A stretch of DNA of 33,966 nt from Octopus sinensis. Taxonomy: Eukaryota. The stretch covers positions 1 through 33,966 of the forward strand of contig NW_021831979.1 in assembly GCF_006345805.1 (NCBI RefSeq), given 5' to 3'. Both the position numbers and the translations under genes were made by a program. Of the stretch, positions 24,925 through 33,966 are shown piece by piece (position 1 is the stretch's first letter; every line of letters starts with the position of its first letter). The notes beneath the pieces were generated by a model. The model was not told the DNA's origin. It saw only the letters and a program-made list of their open reading frames with translations, and did no database searches.

Positions 24925-25058
24925 ATCTTTTACATCTTTCTGCGGTCATGCTGGGTCACCGCGTTGCAGGGTTTTAGTTGAGCCGCTAAGATACAATGGA
25001 CGTAAGCAAACCAACAATGGTTGTCAAACCGTGGCGGGGACAAACACAAACACAAACA
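24925..25058 (-). mobile_element. Internally deleted SINE family A fragment
   Basis: CTGCGGTCATGCTGGG.CACCGC..CCGCTAAG..GGACGTAAGC..GGTTGTCAA..GGGGACAAACAC. Confidence 0.65.
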
Positions 25059-25169
25059 CTTAGGATCGGATTGTAAGCAAACTGTATATGTATATATATA
25101 TGACATTATATGAGTCTCGATGCATGTGTGTGCGTGTGCATCTGTGTGTGAGCGCGTGTGTGTGCGTGC

Positions 25170-25203
<34 letters not shown>

Positions 25204-25795
25204 TAGATGAAGGAAACGAGAGTTCAAACAACAGCAAAGAAAAGTATTTTCGGTCGTTAGGTACTCCTGGCCTTTTTCAATATTTGTAATATCCCTTGTG
25301 TAATCCAAAAGACTTCCACGCAGGCACAGTTCTTGAAAATAGAGAATTAAATTCTCAAAAACAATTTGGAGAGAACTCCACACAGAAATTCTCACAATTA
25401 TGAGAAAACACACACAAGACAAAAAGCTCCGAATCCAGTAAGGACTCCTTGCTGGTACAAAAAATAAAAAGTAAAACCTACAGGCAACAAATCCTACTGG
25501 ACTCAAAGAGCAAAAAGTCTTACCTTACGGTAGAGCATCTTACAAATTCAATTTTCGTCCGCTGCATACCAGCGTGACGACCTCAGCAGTCAAGTGAAGA
25601 ACGACTAACAACCGGAACCAGAAGCAAGCCTCTTTACCACACAGCCACGTCTGTGCCGGTTGTATTTATTTATTTATTTATTTATTATAGGCTTACTGTT
25701 GTTCATGGCTCAATATTCTCAATTGATCGATTGGTGGACTGAAAATATAGGGAACAGAAACCCAAAGCTATCTTCTTCAGAGCCAAAAGAACCGT

Positions 25796-25796
<1 letters not shown>

Positions 25797-25847
<51 letters not shown>

Positions 25848-25942
25848 CATACATACATACATACATACATACATACATACATACATAAATAGACAGACAG
25901 ACAGGTAGATAGATAGACACACAGACTGGCAGACACACAGAC

Positions 25943-26009
<67 letters not shown>

Positions 26010-26030
26010 CTGAGAGAGGGAGAGAGAGAG
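25797..26030. repeat. Compound (GATA)/(CATA)/(GACA)n array
   Basis: Directly visible. Confidence 0.96.
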
Positions 26031-26175
26031 TGATTGGCTGTGTGCATAAAACAAAGCTAGAACACCTCACTGGTCACGATACTTAGTTCTGGCATTGAGA
26101 TCTAATGTGACTTTTTAGCCCAGACATACTTTTGAAAGGATGCCCATATAAATTGCTCACTATTTTTTTTTTTTT

Positions 26176-26560
26176 GAGGAAGCACTCCGTCGGTTACGAC
26201 GACGAGGGTTCCGGTTGATCCGATCATCGGAACAGCCTGCTCGTGAAGTTAACGTGTAAGTGGCTGAGCACTCCACAGACACATGTACCCTTAACGTAGT
26301 TCTCGGGGATATTCAGCGTGACACAGAGAGTGACAAGGCCGGCCCTTTGAAATACAGGTACAACAGAAACAGGAAGTAAGAGTGAGAGAAAGTTGTGGTG
26401 AAAGAGTACAGCAGGGATTACCACCATCCCTGCCGGAGCCTCGTGGAGCTTTAGGTGTTTTCGCTCAATAAACACTCACAACGCCCGGTCTGGGAATCGA
26501 AATCGCGATCCTACGACCGCGAGTCTGCTGCCCTAACCACTGGGCCATTGCGCCTCCACA
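26176..26560 (-). mobile_element. tRNA-derived SINE family C (tail type 1) with TSD
   Basis: Minus head GTGGAGGCGCAATGGCCCAGTGGTTAGGGCAGC..GATTTCGATTCCC with A/B boxes; poly(A) tail; CACTATTTTTTT at 26158-26169 and 26559-26570. Confidence 0.92.
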
Positions 26561-26867
26561 CTATTTTTTTGTGCTGCTTGAACTGCCTCTGATGTCTGAT
26601 CTAAATGAACCTTGAAACATTTCTTCAAATATCCTTGATATTTGTAGATCCTGTGACGTATGTAGCACTGGTAAGAGCAATCTGACAGATAGGTATGTTC
26701 TATAATCGATATGAAGTGTCCAAATGTGTGCTCTTACATGAGATTTAAGTCCAACATCAGACAGGCAGATTTTGCCAAAAAATGTACAAGTAAGAAAGTT
26801 CTATGAAGTTCATATTCCTTTAATAACAGTTGTTTTATATTTTTCTCTTAATATTTACCTGTATCAA

Positions 26868-27115
26868 CCCATTAATGCCCAGCGTATGATGTATCATACG
26901 CTTTTTTTGTTTGAGACGAAAATATTCACATTAAATTATTTCATAAATTTAGGCATCAAAAACTTTTTCTGAAGATAAAAAAATAATAATTTATCGAGCA
27001 ATATTTGGCATCAAAGTCACACCTTTGATCATTTATACATTGTGCTATACTCATGTGAATGTAACAACATAATTCAAATCTTTTTTCTTTTATTTTTATT
27101 TCGGGCATTAATGGG
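26868..27115. mobile_element. piggyBac-like MITE with perfect 13-bp TIRs
   Basis: CCCATTAATGCCC (26868-26880) / GGGCATTAATGGG (27103-27115); flanks TCAA and TTAA. Confidence 0.88.
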
Positions 27116-27119
27116 TTAA

Positions 27120-27610
27120 GGCGGCGAGCTGGCAGAGACGTTAGCATACCGTTCTGAGTTCAAATTTCGCCGAGGTCGACTTTGCCTTTCATCCTTTCGG
27201 GGTCGATTGAATAAGTACCAGTTCCGTACTGCGGTCGATGTAATCGACTTAATCCGTATGTCTGTCTTTGTTTGTCCCCTCTGTGTGTAGCCCCTTGTGG
27301 GTAGTAAAGAAATAGGTATTTCGTCTGCCGTTACGTTGTGAGTTCAAATTCCGCCGAGGTTGACTTTGCCTTCATCCTTTGGGAGTAGATAAATTAATTA
27401 CCAGTTACGTACTGGGGTCGATATAATCGACTTAATTCGTGTGTCTGTCATTGTTTGTCCCCTCTATGTTTAGCCCCTTGTGGGCAATAAAGAAATAAGA
27501 ATTGTTAGCATGCTGGGGAAAATGCTTAACAACATTTCGTCTGTTTTTATGTTCTAAGTTCAAATTCCCCCTAAGTCGATTTTGCTTTCATGCTTTCTGG
27601 GTCGATAAAA
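27120..27610 (+). mobile_element. Head-to-tail trimer of SINE family B units
   Basis: Units start ~27120, ~27315, ~27499; each has GAGTTCAAATT (AAGTTCAAATT in unit 3) and GAC/GATTTTGC.TT.CAT.CTTT. Confidence 0.9.
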
Positions 27611-27805
27611 TACATATATATATATATATATATATACATACATACGACGGGCTTCTTTCAGTTTCTATCTATCAAATCCACTCACAAGGCTTTGGTCGGC
27701 TCAAGGCTTTGGTCGGCTCAAGGCTATAGTAGAAGAGACTTGCCCAAGGTGCCACGCAGTAGGAATGAACCCAGAACCATGTGGTCGGTAGGCACTCCTG
27801 CGCCT
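27611..27805 (-). mobile_element. SINE family A, 5' half with 17-bp internal duplication
   Basis: Matches the A head and body; CAAGGCTTTGGTCGGCT at 27685-27701 and 27702-27718. Confidence 0.88.
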
Positions 27806-28104
27806 AAAGGATTTTTTAAAAACATAGAATGGTTATGAAGGTCCAGTAGAGTAAACTAGGAATCAAAGAGGTCCATAGGCAAAATAATGGTCGAGAACCA
27901 GAAGTCTGAGACAAAGCAATTTAATCATGTGACGTGTTTTATTTGATGATGATAAGGTAGCTTTTGAGTGTTTCGAAAATGTGCTGAGAGGTATTTGGTA
28001 ATGGTTGTAGTGTGAGGAAAGCAGAAAGATGTTACTTAGAGGGGGAAAGAGAAGGTCAAAGATATTATCAATCATATTACGTTGCAGATTGATTAGCGGA
28101 ATAT

Positions 28105-28295
28105 TCGTTTCAGATTTTGGTACAAAGTCAGCAATATCGACCTTAGTCCTCGATTGGTACTTACTTTATAGATCTAGAAAAGGAATGTAAAGCAAAGTCA
28201 ACCTCAGCGGAACTTGAACTTCGAATATAAGGATGGTCGAAAAGCCGTTAAGCATTCTGCCCGGTGTGCTCACAATTGTGCCAGCCCGCCGCCTT
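28105..28295 (-). mobile_element. Diverged SINE family B
   Basis: Reverse complement begins AAGGCGGCGGGCTGGCACAATTGTGAGCACACCGGGCAGAATGCTTAACGG, followed by the B body. Confidence 0.8.
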
Positions 28296-28339
28296 GGGTA
28301 AGAAGAACATTAACGTTAATTCAAGCATACATTGACTGG

Positions 28340-28650
28340 TGTGGGGGCGCAATGGCCCAGTGGTTAGGGCAGCGGACTCACGGTCGTAGGATCGCGGTTT
28401 CGATTCCCAGACCGGGCGTTGTGTGTGTTTATTGAGCGAAAACACCTAAAGCTCCACGAGGCTATGGCAGGGGGTGGTGGTGATCCCTGCTGTACTCTTT
28501 CACCACAACTTTCTCCCAATCTTTCTTCTGTTGGCTTGCTCGCTTAGCCAGCGGGGTGGCGTCATTTGAAGGCTAAAACAATGCGAAGCGCATTGTGACC
28601 AGCGATGTGCAGCAACAACTGATAGCCTGGTCGGTCACGGTCACATAGAT
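28340..28650 (+). mobile_element. tRNA-derived SINE family C (tail type 2)
   Basis: GTGGGGGCGCAATGGCCCAGTGGTTAGGGCAGC..GGTTTCGATTCCC; first ~175 bp near-identical to the reverse complement of 26386-26560, then a different 3' part. Confidence 0.92.
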
Positions 28651-31294
28651 TGGTATTTTATTATGATTAATCAAATATATGAGAGATGGGTGCGTCGTAT
28701 TAACAGCACAGTTAAGTGGTATGAACTACATGATTAGTGTACGATTAAAAGAATAAATCTTTACAAAGCTTCTCGAACGAAATAAAACACCTTTTGTTGG
28801 GCTCATTGTTTTAACAAAACCTATATTTACGTCTATGTATACGTATGAATACTTTCATGCGTGTATTTATATATATGTATCGGTGCAAGTGTGAGAGCGA
28901 AAACATTCACGTTTCAAACGTAATTCTTTCTATTGAGTTATTTTATTTTACGGGGAAAATATTTCACACAACGGAGAATCGCAAATTCAGAATATCTTTT
29001 TTTTTCCACTTTGCTTTCTGTAGCCAAGTCACGTTCTTTCGTATCAAGTCGACACGATAACAATGATTATTATAAAAATAATACGATAAGTAGTATACGT
29101 TTCTATAATTGTCTTATAAAATGTATACGGAACTGAGGATGTGACAAAGAAAAAGAGATAGAGATAGATACAGAGAGAGACAGAAACAGATATGGAGGGG
29201 CACAGAGATAGGCACACAAAGAGAGAGAAAGAGCGATAAAGAACTTGATAAAACGGAAATATCTTTTCATGGATCCAGATGTGATAAATATCAGCGAATA
29301 GAACCCATCACAGGTAAAAAAAAAAGACGAACTTTAAAAATATTTTTTAAAGACGTACTTTAAAAATATCATTCATTTTTGTACCAAAAATTTGAAATCT
29401 GTAAGTGTATCTGGTATAACGTTAACAAGCTTTTGTTACTACACCTATTATAACTATTATATTGTACAGGCAAGCTACCTTAACAAGAGAAGAAAGCGAA
29501 TTATTCAGACCTCTCTTTCATTTTTTTTCGTTAATTAATTACGCTCTTTACATTTCTGTCTCTTGATTTTCATGAAACACAGAGTTTCATATTTTATGTT
29601 GTCTTAATTAAGTCTTTATGTAAAAGGAAACATCTCGATGCTAATCTTATTTCTGTTTCATTTACAGTTTGTTTAATCATATCTCTTGTGGGAATAAAAT
29701 GATAATAACTGCTGGTGTTCTGGTGTGCATAAAAAAGGGTAGTTCAAAGAAAAAACCTCAGAACTGATGACAAGAACTGAAAACTGTTTCATTCAATGTA
29801 TATGATTTAGTGATTTATTGGTTCTTTTTTCACATAATTAAAATTGTTAATTAATTATTATAATTAACATTTTGTACATACGACGGAAGTACGTGGGTTG
29901 GTGTTTTTACGTAGGCCTCAAGATTAACAAAAACAATATTTATAAAAAATAACAAAGAAAATTACATCCTTCCAGCTATAACTATTTAGAGTGTAGGCCT
30001 GATTGTAGTTGATAACAGAGAAAAATGGCGGAAACGTTCGTGGCAAATAGAAGCTGACGATTACAAATGTAATATAAAGCTGGTTGCTTACAAGTACGAA
30101 TTATATGCGTGGAGTAGGAGTACACAGTTGTTGATAAGAAAAATTATGCACAACAAATAAATAACGGTTTGTGCTGAAGATATGCAAAAACAAATCTATC
30201 GTTTATGAAATAAACTGTAGATATTAAGTAGGGTATGCTCGTAAGAAATCTCAAGAAATCAATACCATTAGTATCTTGGGACACTGTTATCATGTTACAG
30301 AGTTACACCAAATCCAAGATGGGAATTAATACTTGAAAGCGAAATGAAATAAAGAAATATTTGATATTGATTTTTTTTTTCCAGAAACGATGTAAGCATT
30401 GAAACATTGACCGCTGATTTTGAGAGTTTCGTCAACCAATTCTTCTCTGTTATCATCACAATACACTAAGGGATTAGAGGAGTAATAGATGCAGGATTGT
30501 AAAAAAAAAAAATCTTGATAATAGAACGTATCTAAAAGTGAGTAGAGAAGTAGAATGAATGATAGGTAGGTAGGTAGGTAGGTTTGCGAGGGTCTGATCT
30601 AACATCGTTCCCTCGTAATACAATAAGAGAGAATGATTTGAGGAAATTGAAGTATAAGTAGAAAATACTTATCGATTATATTCTGCCAACCAACGCAGAG
30701 CTTCGCTAATAAATGCACTGTTACTATCTCTGTGAGTTAATATCAAAAACAAAACAGAATTTGTCTATTTCATATTATATATGCCAATTCCGTGCTATTA
30801 ATTTTTACATTGATACTTGTTTATGATAATAGCTGCTTACACGGATTAAAGTATCACAAATATATTATTAGGGTATTAGAACTGGCAATTAAAAAGGCGG
30901 GGTTTTTTTTTTGCTTTTCGTGAAGTAGGTCGACATGTTTTCTGTAAGCGAAGGAAAGGAAAGGAAATTTCTTTTCAGTCAATGTATTGAACAGTAGAAG
31001 CTGAGCGAAAAATGTATATTCTTAACAAACAGCGTGGAATAACTTCTTTTTGGCACCAGACAAGAATTGATTGAAAACGAACAAAATGCAACGCCTACAC
31101 ATTGACATCACATTAATGTAACTGAATGTGATACACTTAAATTGACTTATCAGATGTTAATATACAGCTTGTTCAGGCTAAATTTGACATTTTGCGTAAA
31201 AGGAAAAGCAGGCACAATATCACATCCGGAATTAGAAGTATTTTTTTTTTAAATTAAAAGTTATCAAATAGATTATGGCCCGAAGATATCAGTT

Positions 31295-31625
31295 TACTGA
31301 AAGTAGCTTCCCTCAGCTTCCACCATGGCCTCGAAGACAGCTCTAGAACATAGTACTTGCGTTGCAGAAATGGTGGTGTCTTTCTCAACCATAATCTTTG
31401 TAATCCTTGGGATTAAAATCGTTAGAATTAGGGTCAGAAATTGGGGCTAGTGAAGTCGTGGAAATTCTCCGGCAACTACTTCAGATTCTTTCCTGGGGTA
31501 TGGCAAGGAACTGAGTCCTGCTGCCACACATATGGCCTTGAAGCACCAACCCTCTCCAGCCAGAGTTTGACTGGTCTTCAGCAATTTCACGAAGCTTTCT
31601 GAATTGAGCCAACAGTCACTTTTGT
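31295..31625 (-). mobile_element. IS630-Tc1-mariner transposase remnant, DD37D (maT)-like
   Basis: WLERVGASRPYVWQQDSVPCHTPGK..ENFHDFTSPNF*(P)PNSNDFNPKDY; D-to-D spacing is 37 if the small deletion near *P is repaired; ends FEAMVEAEGSYFQ. Confidence 0.75.
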
Positions 31626-32394
31626 TTCAAAGTACGATCTAAAATAAAAGTCGCTTGCTTGACAAGTAGTCCTCTGTAATAATAAAGTAGAAGATTTACT
31701 TTCTGAATAGAAGGTCACAGTTCATGACTATGGTAGACATATTATAAATGGCTGTACGATATGACCGAATTTTCGTGTATGAGGCCAAACAGCAAACACA
31801 GCGTAAACAATTCCATTGAGTATGGAACTTGTTGTTATAAAGTCAACCTACTTTAATAACATTACGTTTCGCTAAAGATTCTTAGCGTGCTCAAGTCATG
31901 AATTTGATGGCATAAACTCACTATGTCGACAATTATGGAAGTACAGGAACGGCAAGATGAAACAACCTCAATGTATTGCGGAGCCATGAGCATACTTAAA
32001 TATCCTACGCCATCACAAATGCTTCTACGACATCTACGTAAAGAGACAGATGAATCAAAATAATTTTTTAGCCATGTTCGCAGTACAATGGTGGAGGCAA
32101 CAGAAGAAGTTATGACCCGAATACTTGCAACAATGTGAACTTCTCCAAGAAGCACCTAAAAACAATGTGGCTGTGTTAAATGGCGGCGATAAAATAAGTC
32201 AAACTCCAAGGGTATTCTATCTTCATTTCTATTATTCTACTTTCACAATAATTTCCACGTGAATTTATTGCCAACCATCTTTTTTGCAACATCAAATAAA
32301 TGAACGCCGTTGTCGCTTATTGCATGTTGGTTTCAATTTCCTCATCTAAGAAGAGAGGTGAAATCTATACTAAGAGATCAATTGTTATTTTGTC

Positions 32395-33180
32395 TCCCCG
32401 CTATCGATAAGAGTAAGAGTGTTTATATGCACCGAAAGCCCGTGTGAGGGTTTCTCTCAGGTTAACTACTGCAGCATTCCGTATTCTAACACAACACCCA
32501 CTTTTAAGCGGTGATAAACGTTACCGTTTGGTAACTGCTTCTGACATTATTAATTAATTTTTAATAAGTCCACTTATTACTTGCGACACCAGTACCTGAA
32601 AAGACACTAAGTTTCTATGTATATCGCTCTCAGGGGAATCACTGCTGTCTGCCATTGACAAGGCCAAGAAAGACTGAAATCACGTGATCTGGTAACTCTG
32701 GCAGTGGTAGCAGACGACTTCTTTCAGTTACCAATATAAGCAAGAATGTATATATGTACCAAAAGCCCACGTGAGAGATTCTCTCATGGTAAGTACTTCA
32801 GTATTCCGTGTTCTAACACATCATCCACTATTAAGTGGAGATAAATACTATTTTTTACTATCAATACTGCTTCTGTCACTATTAATTATTTATTAAAATA
32901 AACCCATTGGATATTCGTGATATCATGCCTGAATAGATACTGGGTTTCTATGTATATCAGTAGCGGATCTGTCGCTGCTATTTCCAGCGGTTTAGCATGT
33001 ACCACTGACAAGGTCGAGAAAGGCCAATATCATGTGATCTGGTAGTCTGAGCAGTGGTGATGGTGAGTGATTTATCTCCCACTGGTAAGATAACAAAGAG
33101 TGCTTATATGCACCAAAACACCATAAAAGAAGTTCTCCCATGGCAACTATTGCAGTATCATGTGTTCTAACACAACATAA
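32395..33180. repeat. Old tandem array, ~2.3 copies of a 327-354-bp unit
   Basis: AAGA(G/A)TG..TATATG(C/T)ACC.AAA at 32415, 32742 and 33096; shared TTCTAACACA, TTTCTATGTATATC, CA.TGACAAGG, GTGATCTGGTA. Confidence 0.88.
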
Positions 33181-33339
33181 AAATGCCGTGACTTTGAAAA
33201 CCTTTTTATTTATAGAAACTTGCATTCAGAGTGCTTCAAATTAGATCCCATTGCTTGAAAAAGAAGGCAAGACTAATTTGATTAAAACTCTAGTCAAGTT
33301 TTAGAATGAATATGCGGAAAAGGTTCTTATATCGTGAGG

Positions 33340-33540
33340 AATGTTTGAAGGAACCCAACCTAGGCCCCCATATCTACGGAGTTCGCCGCTGGAATAAGGA
33401 GTGGTTGGAGATCACCCGGTCGTTAGCCTCAAATCGCCAGGTTTGGTCGGCGTTTGTGAGAGATGCAGCATTGAGGATGAATGAAGCCAGCTCAACTCAC
33501 CCCGGGTGAATGCTGTAAGAAGGAGAACAAGAAGAAAGGT
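33340..33540 (+). mobile_element. RTE-clade LINE 3' terminal remnant
   Basis: LGPHIYGVRRWNKEWLEITRSLASNRQVWSAFVRDA..STHPG* resembles RTE C-termini (A.DR..W...VRD); assigned from recall. Confidence 0.55.
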
Positions 33541-33654
33541 TCTTATATAGTAATACGCAGTGAAATCAGCAACACAAGTTTCACCATGTGGCCATAAATC
33601 AGGATGTGAAAGGCAACAGAAAAGCTTGGAGACCAACAACCGTTGCACGAAAAG

Positions 33655-33820
33655 GCAGCAGACGTGCTTGCTTCGTAACCACATGGTTCCTAATTCAGAG
33701 CCACTGTGTGACAGCTTGAGCAAGTATCTTCTACTACTACCTCGGGCCGACCAAAACTCGTGAGTCGATTTGGCTGACGGAAACTGTAAAAAGCCTGTCG
33801 TGTGTGTATATGTGTGTGTA

Positions 33821-33884
<64 letters not shown>

Positions 33885-33966
33885 TTTGTGTCTTTTCCCT
33901 CCATCGCCGCTCCACGGCCGGTGTCGGTATATTTATGTCACCGTAATCTAGCGGTTCGGCAAAAGC
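33655..33966 (+). mobile_element. Diverged SINE family A with internal (GT)n, running off the window end
   Basis: AACCACATGGTTCC..CTCGGGCCGACCAAA..GACGGAAACTG, (GT)n ~33800-33885, then TAGCGGTTCGGCAAAAG. Confidence 0.82.

Noticed and set aside
28340-28420. tRNA-like sequence (also 26480-26560 and 15020-15094)
   Set aside because: Has A/B boxes but no complete cloverleaf and continues into SINE bodies; these are SINE heads, not tRNA genes.
29655-29745. Possible acceptor TTTCATTTACAG with a short open frame
   Set aside because: Weak donor, unremarkable peptide, expected by chance in AT-rich DNA.
31862-32155. 97-aa ORF in unique sequence
   Set aside because: No recognisable motif, splice signals or domain in either orientation.

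Overview
AT-rich, microsatellite-dense eukaryotic DNA made almost entirely of transposable elements and simple repeats. The SINE/LINE/MITE families look like those of Octopus; this is from recall, not a database search. No host gene, rRNA, true tRNA or CRISPR array could be supported. The main content is non-LTR retrotransposons of the R4/Dong type (RT + CCHC + restriction-like endonuclease): a decayed full-length copy on the minus strand (~61-4063), a young near-complete copy sitting inside an (AAT)n array (5913-9890), a 5'-only fragment, an internal fragment, and (AAT)n-tailed 3' ends. Also present are tRNA-derived SINEs of three families, RTE-clade LINE remnants, a D,D34D mariner remnant, a DD37D-type remnant, a non-autonomous Helitron, two piggyBac-like MITEs and two ~330-bp tandem arrays. 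I found no convincing novel biological system. The best leads are (i) an (AAT)n-targeting retrotransposon community with a conserved Myb-like N-terminal domain, a shared 5' motif and SINE tails that may act as landing pads, and (ii) a nested inverted-SINE fold-back. Protein and family assignments come from manual translation and motif recall; boundaries without TSD/TIR support are approximate.
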